Below the pieces are notes generated by a model. It was given only the letters and a program-made list of their open reading frames with translations, was not told the DNA's origin and did no database searches. Source: Patescibacteria group bacterium (GTDB lineage Bacteria; Patescibacteriota; Microgenomatia; UBA1400; Chisholmbacteraceae). From it: a stretch of DNA of 64,000 bases. The DNA lies in assembly GCA_022564195.1 (NCBI GenBank), contig JADFLW010000004.1:815-64814 (forward strand), written 5' to 3'. The number at the start of each line of letters is the position of its first letter. Position 1 is the stretch's first letter. Position numbers and translations under genes: made by a program. Shown in pieces: positions 50,170 through 57,899 of this stretch.

Positions 50170-50595
50170 ATGTTTATCAAAAAGTCAACCGGAACTCGCG
50201 GCTTTACCTTGATTGAGATCCTGGTTGCTGTCCTGATCTTTGCTCTGTTGACGGGCATTGCTGTCGTGAGTTTCCAAACAGCCAATCGCCGGGCGCGTGA
50301 TGGGCGACGCCAGGCTGATTTGGAGCAGGTGCGCACGGCACTGGAGATCTACCGGGCTGATAACGCGAGTTATCCTACTGGGAACTGGGCGGCTATGGTT
50401 GTAGCGCTTCAACCGAATTACCTTTCAACTGAGCCGGTAGATCCGCGCGATCCGCCCTACAACTATTATTACGGTGATACCGGAGGAGGGATTTCCTACA
50501 ATCTTTGCGCGTATTTGGAAGGGGGGAGCACGACCCCTTGCGGGGTCGCAGTGTCCTGTGGAATTGCCTGCAACTACGGTGTCACTAGTCCATAA
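50170..50595 (+). CDS. Prepilin-like protein
   Basis: MFIKKSTGTRG|FTLIEILVAVLIFALL. Confidence 0.7.
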   Translation: MFIKKSTGTRGFTLIEILVAVLIFALLTGIAVVSFQTANRRARDGRRQADLEQVRTALEIYRADNASYPTGNWAAMVVALQPNYLSTEPVDPRDPPYNYYYGDTGGGISYNLCAYLEGGSTTPCGVAVSCGIACNYGVTSP

Positions 50596-50605
50596 TGTGC
50601 CTGCC

Positions 50606-51127
50606 ATGCTACAGACCTCGGATTCGTCGGTTTCCGGACATTCCTCTGACAAAGGATTCACCCTTTTGGAGATTCTGGTCGTTGTGGTGATCTTTGGTCT
50701 TCTTTTGGGAGGAGCCGTGGCCAATTACCGGCGTTTGAATGAGCGCAAGATCGTTGAGGGCGCCGCAAAGCAAGTAGAGCAGGCGCTGCGTGATGCGCAG
50801 AAGCGCGCCTCAGCAGGGGTGAAGCCCAGTAGCGTTGAATGCGATGATCCTGAGACCTTGAACTCTTACGTCATTACCATGAGTGGGACTGGCTATCAGA
50901 TTCAGGCAAATTGCAGTGGCGGAAGCCCATCTCCTTCCAGCTACACCCTTCCTCAAGGGACGACGATTGGCTCGGCGTCGGCGCCGACGGTGACATTTAA
51001 CGTCTTGACCCTGGCCGCAACAGCGGCGACGGTGTGTGTTCAAAATACGAGTGGCACGCTGATCTTTAAAATCGATGTCACTGATGGCGGGGCAATAAGT
51101 TACCAGGGGCAGCAGATCTGCCCGTAA
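50606..51127 (+). CDS. Prepilin-like protein
   Basis: …SSDKG|FTLLEILVVVVIFGLLLG. The start is at MLQTSD. Confidence 0.65.
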   Translation: MLQTSDSSVSGHSSDKGFTLLEILVVVVIFGLLLGGAVANYRRLNERKIVEGAAKQVEQALRDAQKRASAGVKPSSVECDDPETLNSYVITMSGTGYQIQANCSGGSPSPSSYTLPQGTTIGSASAPTVTFNVLTLAATAATVCVQNTSGTLIFKIDVTDGGAISYQGQQICP

Positions 51128-51168
51128 ACACCTTGTGCCTTCCCTTGTTGTTCTGAAATAATAGGAGT

Positions 51169-51645
51169 ATGACCAAAGATCTTCGAAGAAACGGGCAGAT
51201 GCTTATCGAGATTCTTATTGCTATTGCCGTGGTTGTTTTGGTGCTGGTTGCCGTTGTCTCTCGGGTGGTGGAGGCGGTTCGCAACGCCAATTTTGCCAGG
51301 AATCAGGTGTTGGCAACCCGATTTGCGCAGGAGGGTATTGAATGGACGCGTTCTCAGCGAGATCGGCTTGGCTGGACTGATTTTGTCACTGCCTTGGATG
51401 GTAACCCTGTCACCTACTGCGTGTTGGATCTTTCTTCCAATATTGAAGTTCTCTCTGCGGGAAGTTGCACGGGAACCATTTCCGGAACCATTTTTGATCG
51501 GGAGATTGTGATTGATTTTGTGAATGATTCTGATCCGGATGCAGAGGATTACGTGGACGTGACTTCCACAGTTTCTTGGCAGGACAGAGTTGGCACCCAT
51601 GACTCTACTTTGGTTACTCGTTTGAGCAAATGGAACAAGCAGTAA
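51169..51645 (+). CDS. Prepilin-like protein (atypical +1 residue)
   Basis: MTKDLRRNG|QMLIEILIAIAVVVLVL. Glu at +5 is retained. Confidence 0.55.
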   Translation: MTKDLRRNGQMLIEILIAIAVVVLVLVAVVSRVVEAVRNANFARNQVLATRFAQEGIEWTRSQRDRLGWTDFVTALDGNPVTYCVLDLSSNIEVLSAGSCTGTISGTIFDREIVIDFVNDSDPDAEDYVDVTSTVSWQDRVGTHDSTLVTRLSKWNKQ

Positions 51646-52142
51646 GCAGCGAACCTATGCGAGAGGATGGATATACCCTCATCGAGGTACTGGTCGTGAT
51701 TACCCTTGTGGCCTTGATTGCAATTACGGCAACACGGCTTTTGTTTACGAGTTTAGCAGGAGCAGGGAAAGCTTCGGCTTTGGCCGTGGTGAAGCAGAAT
51801 GGCGATCACGCGATTGGGGTTGTGGAGCGGGCAATCCGGGATGCCCGAGTTGCTGATTGTCCGGCTCCAAGTTCCTTGATCCTGACTGACGGAAATGGAG
51901 TGGATACGACGTATTCGATCGTTTCTGGGCGAGTTGCCAGCACCATCGCCGTGAACGTCTTTCTTACCAGCGATCGGATTGTTGCCGAAAGCTTTTCCTG
52001 TGTCCTTACTCCAGGGTCGTCAGGCAGTCCCGATGTTGTCTTTGTTTCCTTTCAACTACGATTGGGTGATCCCTCGGCAGATCGACCGAGCGAAGTTGCC
52101 GTCGAGCGTTTTGAAACTCGAACAACGTTGCGGACGTATTAA
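51630..52142 (+). CDS. Prepilin-like protein
   Basis: …MREDG|YTLIEVLVVITLVALIA. Confidence 0.6.
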   Translation: MEQAVSSEPMREDGYTLIEVLVVITLVALIAITATRLLFTSLAGAGKASALAVVKQNGDHAIGVVERAIRDARVADCPAPSSLILTDGNGVDTTYSIVSGRVASTIAVNVFLTSDRIVAESFSCVLTPGSSGSPDVVFVSFQLRLGDPSADRPSEVAVERFETRTTLRTY

Positions 52143-52209
52143 CAGGATTGGGAGGCCTTTGATTGTGTTCTTAGGCATTGGTTGACAGTCTAAAACCCTT
52201 AAAGCTACA

Positions 52210-53088
52210 ATGGAGTATATGCTGAAGCGAAAACAGTCAGAACGAACCTTTCGGCTCCGCTCCCGCCAATGCGGCCACGCCAAAGGGCGGGAAAGCGGGC
52301 AGGCAGGACAAGCAGGGCAAATAGGAATCATCATCCTTCTTTTGACCATTGTCCTGTTAACAATCGGTCTCTCGATTGCCAGTAGAAGCGTCACCGATAT
52401 TCGTCTCTCTCGGCAAGAGGAGGAAACCACTCGTGCCTTTGATGCGGCGGAGGCTGGGATTGAGGATGCCTTGCGTCGGGATCTTCAGGGCATTGTAGCG
52501 ACCGGAGGATCTAGCTCTGTTGATGTCGGTGCTTGCCCTGGGCCCGATTGTATTACCGCGAATTACACGGTTGCTGAGCAGCTGGCTTTGGAGACAGAAA
52601 TTGAGGAGGGTGAGACGGTGGAAGTGAGCCTCGTAGGGTTCACGGGAGACGAGGTCAGTATCGAATGGGCAACAGAGACGTGCCCTAGCTCTACTGTCGC
52701 ATCCATTGTGGTGGCGGTGTTCAACCCTTCAGCCGGTAGTGTTCGGCGGACGCCATATAAAGGATGTGAAAAAACTCCTGATGACAATTTTCTGAGTTCG
52801 GGGTCTGCGGTGACTCCAGGCTACCAGTTTCGTGTCCTTGAAAGCGTGGATTTCGGTGCTGGGGAAGAATTCATGAGGATTCGGGCAGTGTACAGCAGAA
52901 CTGCGCTTCTGGTTGACAGCAGCGATCCTCCTGGAAATCCTCTCCCAGCGCAGCTCTGGAACATTCACTCCGAGGCGCAAACCGCAGGTGGTGAGACTCG
53001 TGCTGTTGAGGTCACAAAGACACTCCCCGCACCCTCGTCGATCTTTGATTTCGTTATATTTTCCGGAAGCAATCTTATTAAAAATTAG
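52210..53088 (+). CDS. Hypothetical membrane-anchored protein in the pilus locus (PilX-like?)
   Basis: A basic N-terminus, a single TM helix (GIIILLLTIVLLTIGLSIA), and an extracellular domain with Cys residues. Confidence 0.35.
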   Translation: MEYMLKRKQSERTFRLRSRQCGHAKGRESGQAGQAGQIGIIILLLTIVLLTIGLSIASRSVTDIRLSRQEEETTRAFDAAEAGIEDALRRDLQGIVATGGSSSVDVGACPGPDCITANYTVAEQLALETEIEEGETVEVSLVGFTGDEVSIEWATETCPSSTVASIVVAVFNPSAGSVRRTPYKGCEKTPDDNFLSSGSAVTPGYQFRVLESVDFGAGEEFMRIRAVYSRTALLVDSSDPPGNPLPAQLWNIHSEAQTAGGETRAVEVTKTLPAPSSIFDFVIFSGSNLIKN

Positions 53089-53105
53089 AATGCAATTCAA
53101 GGTTT

Positions 53106-54143
53106 TTGCTGCCCATGGCTCGTCGCCTTGTCGGACTCGATATTGGATCGTTTAGCATTAAAGTTGTTTCTCTCTCCAAGAAAGGGGTAGGATACCGTCT
53201 GGAAGCGATCGGTATTGCCTTGAATCCTCAAGGTGCACGGCCTGGAGACGATGAGGAAAGCCAGAGGCGCGTGGTTGAGGCTACAAAAAAGCTTCTTTCC
53301 GATACGAAACTTTCTGGCTCAAAATCGGCCTTTGCTCTTTCGGAATCGCAAGTGTACACGAAAGTTATGGAAATGCCGGTTCTCTCTGACAGCGAACTTG
53401 CTTCTGCTATTCATTGGGAGGCCGAGCAGTACATCCCCGTTCCCCTTGATCAGGTCAACATTGATTACGAGATCATTTCTCGACCAGAAAAAGGTTCGGG
53501 TGGTGACAAGATGGAGGTTCTTTTGGTGGCAGCTCCGAAAAAGGCCGTTTTGAGATTGGTGGAGTTTGCTGGCAAGTGTGGGGTGGAAGTGGTGAGTTTG
53601 GAGACGGAGATGATTGCCGTGATGAGGGCGATTGTCCGAGATGAGGCCGGTGCAGCTCCAACCATGCTTGTCCATATTGGAGCGAGCAGCATGGACATCT
53701 CTGTGGTTTTACAGGGGATGTTACTCCTCACCCACTCTATTGAGTCTGGAGGAGTTGCCTTAACACGATCGCTTACTAATGAGTTGGGATTGGAGTTTGC
53801 TCAGGCTGAAGAGTACAAACGCAGCTACGGTTTAGACCCTTCGCAACTTGAGGGAAAGGTGCGGGATGCCTTGCGGCCACTCGTCGATCGGACTCTTATG
53901 GATGTTAAAAAAACTCTTCAGTACTACAATTCTGGTCATCAGGAGGCTCCGATTAAAAGGGTTGTTCTGTCGGGTGGCTCGGCATTGCTCCCCGGGCTCG
54001 TTTCCTATATGGCCGAATTTCTCGGTATAGAAGTGGTGTTAGGGAATGCTTTTTCTGAGATTGAGCCCTCCCCAAACGCCGCGATACCGAATGATACCGT
54101 GTCGTTTGCGACAGCAGTGGGACTGGCTATGAAGGAAGTATGA
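53106..54143 (+). CDS. pilM: Type IV pilus assembly protein PilM (actin-like ATPase)
   Basis: LVGLDIGSFSIKVV is the actin-fold phosphate-1 motif. A typical PilM length. Confidence 0.85.
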   Translation: MLPMARRLVGLDIGSFSIKVVSLSKKGVGYRLEAIGIALNPQGARPGDDEESQRRVVEATKKLLSDTKLSGSKSAFALSESQVYTKVMEMPVLSDSELASAIHWEAEQYIPVPLDQVNIDYEIISRPEKGSGGDKMEVLLVAAPKKAVLRLVEFAGKCGVEVVSLETEMIAVMRAIVRDEAGAAPTMLVHIGASSMDISVVLQGMLLLTHSIESGGVALTRSLTNELGLEFAQAEEYKRSYGLDPSQLEGKVRDALRPLVDRTLMDVKKTLQYYNSGHQEAPIKRVVLSGGSALLPGLVSYMAEFLGIEVVLGNAFSEIEPSPNAAIPNDTVSFATAVGLAMKEV

Positions 54144-54694
54144 AGTTGTCTATTAACCTCCTTCAAGAGACTCAGAGGATCAAAGGGCGCTTGCGTCGTA
54201 TTGGTTTGGCAATTCAGTCGGCAAGCGTCGTTGTCCTTATCGTTTTTGGTGTGTTCGTCTTTTTGCTTTTTAGCTACTCATTGGTTCTTGGTCGTAAACA
54301 AGGCAATCTTTCGAAATCGATTACCGAGCAAAAAACCGTCATTGAGCGTTTGCGCCCCGTTGAGGCTAAACAGGTCGTTATCCATCAGAAGCTTGGACTT
54401 GCCGGGAAAGTTGTTGGCGAACCCAGTCTTCCCTATGGCCTCGTCAGTGAGTTATACGATTTGAGTCAAGGTCATAACCTCAAGGAGAGTAAGGTACAGG
54501 GGGTGAAAGGGGAAACAGCGGTTCTGCTTCAGGCCCAAGCCGACGATGTATTCTCCCTGGTTTCCTTTCTTGACGCACTTTCGGATTTTGCAAAAGAGCG
54601 TGGTGCCATTCGATTGACTGGGAGTAACTTCACAAGAACTGCTGAGGGGACCTATCGGCTTCATATCCTTTTTGAAATTGAGGAGGGATCATAA
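54140..54694 (+). CDS. pilN: PilN-like protein
   Basis: MKLSINLLQE followed by a single TM helix. It is coupled to pilM by an ATGA overlap. Confidence 0.55.
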   Translation: MKLSINLLQETQRIKGRLRRIGLAIQSASVVVLIVFGVFVFLLFSYSLVLGRKQGNLSKSITEQKTVIERLRPVEAKQVVIHQKLGLAGKVVGEPSLPYGLVSELYDLSQGHNLKESKVQGVKGETAVLLQAQADDVFSLVSFLDALSDFAKERGAIRLTGSNFTRTAEGTYRLHILFEIEEGS

Positions 54695-55515
54695 TGGATA
54701 TTGGGCTGCCTTCTCAGGTCAATCTTAAGGAAGTTCTTCGGATTAAAAAGTACTTGTACCTTCCGTCTCTCACGGTGGTTGTCATCGTTGGGCTCTTGGC
54801 TTTTTTCATCGGACCAACTCTTGGGAAAGTGTCGAACCTGCGGAAAGAGATTGCATTGGCTTCTGGTGAGCTGACAGCGCTTGAGACAAAGGTAGAGGTT
54901 CTCCAGGGTCTTGATGAATCGATGCTTTTAGAGCAGGTGGGGGTGCTTGAACATGTGCTCCCTTCAAAAAAGGATGTTTTTGGGCTGCTTACTGCACTGA
55001 ACGGACTTGCGGCTGAAGAGGGTGTCGCTCTAGGAAATTTTGAGTTACGACCCGGGAGTATTGCAACTGAAACCGCGACGCCATCAGCTTCAGCAAAAAA
55101 ATCGAGTGAACCGACACGGAAAGGTCCAGCTTCTAGGCGACGATCTGATTTGGAGTCCATTGCGGTGTCTGTTAGTGTCATCGGCTCATTTGAGGACGTG
55201 ACTGCTTTTTTCTCCAGTGTTGAGCGATTACGTCCCCTGATGAGGTTCACTCAAGTTAGTCTCTCTCCGGTAAAGCGACGCTCTGTCGAGCCGGTGGCAA
55301 CGCCGTCCGCAACTTTTCAAGTAGTTGCAAATTTGGGACTGGATCTTTTTTATGCTTCACTCCCAACTCAGCTTGGTTCAGCGAGCGATCCACTATCCCC
55401 TCTTTCTGAAGCCGAGCAGCTTCTCTATGATGAGCTTTTAGGCTACCTATCGTATGAGGTTAGTCTCCCCAGCAGCATTATCACAGGTAATGAGAATCTT
55501 TTTTCCCCATTTTAA
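54694..55515 (+). CDS. PilO-like protein
   Basis: A single TM helix, coiled-coil and periplasmic domain after pilN, as in PilO. Confidence 0.45.
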   Translation: MDIGLPSQVNLKEVLRIKKYLYLPSLTVVVIVGLLAFFIGPTLGKVSNLRKEIALASGELTALETKVEVLQGLDESMLLEQVGVLEHVLPSKKDVFGLLTALNGLAAEEGVALGNFELRPGSIATETATPSASAKKSSEPTRKGPASRRRSDLESIAVSVSVIGSFEDVTAFFSSVERLRPLMRFTQVSLSPVKRRSVEPVATPSATFQVVANLGLDLFYASLPTQLGSASDPLSPLSEAEQLLYDELLGYLSYEVSLPSSIITGNENLFSPF

Positions 55516-55733
55516 CCCCCTCCGCGAGAACCCGAGAGCTATTAGCCCTTTGATGGATAGCCTGCCTCGAGACTGGAACAATTTGGTTCCCGCCTGCAAC
55601 GCTTTCTAGCGTAGCGATTGTGGGCAGGTCGGGGATTTCAGCTCCGGTAGATCGCTCTGTTAGGTACTATAGATGGGAGAATCCGTGGGCTCGTAGCCCA
55701 CGGAGCTTCAACTCCGGCGTTGTAAGGGAAACT

Positions 55734-56009
55734 TTATTTCGTGGGTGTGGAAGGTTCTGTTTGGAGATTTTCTTGAGGTTCTACCAGTTCTACATGAATT
55801 TTTTTGCCTTGTTTCATCGCAGCGACACGCATGAGCGCTCTTAGCGCCTGGATAATTTTTCCTTCCTTTCCGATCACTCTTCCCATATCTTCTTGATGGA
55901 CCATAAGTTTCAGCATGGTAAATCCGCTTTCATCTGCTTCTTCCTCCACACTCACTTGGTCTGGATGATCGACGATTGCGCTGGTTAAGTCTTTAAGAAG
56001 TTTTCTCAC
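55734..56009 (-). CDS. KH-domain RNA-binding protein (YlqC/UPF0109-like)
   Basis: VIGKEGKIIQALRALMRV is the KH GXXG loop. The probable GTG start overlaps the rpsP stop (GTGA). The gene lies immediately downstream of rpsP, as in many bacteria. Confidence 0.6.
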   Translation of the reverse strand: MRKLLKDLTSAIVDHPDQVSVEEEADESGFTMLKLMVHQEDMGRVIGKEGKIIQALRALMRVAAMKQGKKIHVELVEPQENLQTEPSTPTK

Positions 56010-56236
56010 GCCTTTTCTGCTATGAGACGAACAGTGCGTGTTGGTTGAGCACCTTTGTTCATCCACTCGTTGTATTTTTCTTTATCAAGCTTTATGGTCG
56101 CAGGATCCGTTTGTGGATCGTAAAATCCTAGGCTTTCGATGTATTTGCCTTCGCGTTTGCTGCGCGCTTCGACGACGACGATTCTGTATTTTATTTGGTT
56201 TTTCTTCCCTATGGGGAATAATTTCAATTTGAGCAT
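56006..56236 (-). CDS. rpsP: 30S ribosomal protein S16
   Basis: MLKLKLFPIGKKNQIKYRIVVVEARSKREGKYIESLGFYDP matches S16. Confidence 0.9.
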   Translation of the reverse strand: MLKLKLFPIGKKNQIKYRIVVVEARSKREGKYIESLGFYDPQTDPATIKLDKEKYNEWMNKGAQPTRTVRLIAEKA

Positions 56237-56254
56237 ACTGAGGAAGAAATTGTA

Positions 56255-56932
56255 TCACTTCGCGTCGTACTTCTCAAGAGCGAGTGACGCAGCCTTTTGC
56301 TGTGCTTGCTGCTTGCTCTTTCCAGTACCACTTTCCGAATGTTTTCCGTTGATGAATACCGCCACCGTGAAGGTCTTTTCGTGGTCAGGTCCGAGTTCTT
56401 TCTCCACTCTATAGACGGGCGCAGGGAATCCTTTTGCTTGGATGAGCTCTTGAAGCTTACTTTTCGCGTCCTTATCCAATTCGTTGGCGATAATGTTATC
56501 AAGTTCTGGAAACACGTGTTTGCGGATGAACGGTTTCACTCGCCGCATTCCATGACCTATGTATATGGCTCCGATGATGGCTTCGAACGTATTCGCCAAG
56601 AGGCTGATGTTTTCCTTGCCGCCAGAGATCTTTTCGCCATGGGAGAGTAGAATCAGCTCTCCTAACTTCAAAGACTGGGCGATTGTAGCCAATGTTTCGG
56701 TGCGTACCAGTGAGGCACGGAGACTGGTGAGGGCCCCTTCAGTTTCTCGGGGGAACTTTTCAAACAGGAATTCGGTTACCACGAGTTCGAGTACGGCATC
56801 GCCTAAAAACTCGAGGCGTTCATTGGAAGAAATTTTTTCTTCTGGGTGTTCGTTTAACCAGGATCTGTGGGTGAGCGCTTGGCGAAGCAGCCTTGGATCT
56901 TTGACTGGGATGGCTTTTGTGAGGCTGGTCAT
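56255..56932 (-). CDS. rnc: Ribonuclease III
   Basis: ERLEFLGDAVLELVVTEFLF is the RNase III signature. The C-terminus is a dsRBD. Confidence 0.9.
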   Translation of the reverse strand: MTSLTKAIPVKDPRLLRQALTHRSWLNEHPEEKISSNERLEFLGDAVLELVVTEFLFEKFPRETEGALTSLRASLVRTETLATIAQSLKLGELILLSHGEKISGGKENISLLANTFEAIIGAIYIGHGMRRVKPFIRKHVFPELDNIIANELDKDAKSKLQELIQAKGFPAPVYRVEKELGPDHEKTFTVAVFINGKHSESGTGKSKQQAQQKAASLALEKYDAK

Positions 56933-56979
56933 GGTGAATATGAAATAATGTGCGTGTCCTCAAGCTAGAAGTTTACGCT

Positions 56980-57237
56980 TCAAGTTTCTTTGAAGAATTC
57001 CATGATGTCCCCGACCGTTTTAAGCGTGCTTGCGTCTTCAACAGAGAGGTTCACTGCGCATTCCTTTTCGAGCCTTGCCAAGAGGTCCGCTATTTCTACC
57101 TCTTCGGCATTGAGATCTTCTCTGAGGTCAGCGCTTTCGGTGAGCTCCTTTGGCGAGATGCCCAGATGGTCTGAGACAATTTTCTTGATTTTATCCTCTT
57201 TGTTGGTAAATGGTTTCTGATTACTTGCTGGTGTCAT
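56980..57237 (-). CDS. Acyl carrier protein homolog lacking the phosphopantetheine-attachment serine
   Basis: It aligns with the AcpP helix II region. EDLNAEEVEIADLLARLEKEC stands where AcpP has [21 protein letters not shown], so the Ser is replaced by Glu. The acpP-rnc synteny is conserved. Confidence 0.6.
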   Translation of the reverse strand: MTPASNQKPFTNKEDKIKKIVSDHLGISPKELTESADLREDLNAEEVEIADLLARLEKECAVNLSVEDASTLKTVGDIMEFFKET

Positions 57238-57607
57238 GACTTTTCGTTTTCACTCTCTCAATTTTTTCTATTGCGTTTCCTAAGACGCCGTTGACAAACG
57301 GTGGGCTCGATTGACTCCCGTAGGCTTTTGCCAGCTCAACTGCTTCATCGATTACCACCTTTTCTGGAACTGATTTTGTCATGAGTTCTGCCAGCGCCAA
57401 GCGCAGAATTGCCAGATCGACCTTGTTGATTTTTTCGATTGGCCACTCCGTTGCGCACTTTCGAATTAACCCGTCTATTGCTGGAAGCTTTTCAACCGTC
57501 TTCTTCGCTAGAGTACTGAGACGGTCGTGCTCCCTGAAGCTGAACGCGAACAATTCGCGAACAGCCTTTTCTCTCCTTTTGTGCCTTGGGTCATCTGCGC
57601 GTTTCAC
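57221..57607 (-). CDS. nusB: Transcription antitermination factor NusB
   Basis: RHKRREKAVRELFA…LAILRLALAEL…VVIDEAVELAKAYGSQSSPPFVNGVLG are NusB blocks. A GTG start at 57607 is proposed, because the longer ORF would overlap rpmF. Confidence 0.7.
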   Translation of the reverse strand: MKRADDPRHKRREKAVRELFAFSFREHDRLSTLAKKTVEKLPAIDGLIRKCATEWPIEKINKVDLAILRLALAELMTKSVPEKVVIDEAVELAKAYGSQSSPPFVNGVLGNAIEKIERVKTKSHDTSK

Positions 57608-57611
57608 CCTT

Positions 57612-57764
57612 CTCCCCTTTCCTATGCCTTTCCGCACTCGCGGCAAACCTGGTGCGTGAGTTTGGTTGCCCCACAGTGCGGACAACGAATCAGATTTTTC
57701 CTCGTGATTTTTATTGCTTTTCTGCGCTTCCCTTTTCTCCGCGTTGAAATTTTGCGTTTCGGTA
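57612..57764 (-). CDS. rpmF: 50S ribosomal protein L32 (absent from the ORF track, under 60 aa)
   Basis: The minus-strand translation is MGALPKRKISTRRKGKRRKAIKITRKNLIRCPHCGATKLTHQVCRECGKA. It has the L32 N-terminal PKRK(T/I)S and a CxxC…CxxC zinc ribbon. Confidence 0.75.
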
Positions 57765-57786
57765 AAGCTCCCATGGTTTGAGATTC

Positions 57787-57860
57787 AATATTTACTATTT
57801 AATGACTAATGACTAATGACTGATAGAACATTCTCAAATCTTAACCCTATTCTCTGTAAT
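57787..57860. repeat. AT-rich intergenic repeat, copy 2: (TAATGAC)x3 followed by TGATAG…AACCCTAT
   Basis: taatgactaatgactaatgactgatag…aaccctattc is related to 60080-60125 and, more distantly, to 28325-28378. Confidence 0.5.
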
Positions 57861-57899
57861 CTTTTAGTCTTTTAGTTCTGATTTATGATACTCTTGATT

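Noticed and set aside
57790-57830. Tiny plus-strand ORFs ATG-ACT-AAT-GAC-TAA (MTND*) repeated within the TAATGAC heptad array.
   Set aside because: They are a by-product of the heptad repeat containing ATG and TAA/TGA. They are too short to be genes and have no Shine-Dalgarno sequence.
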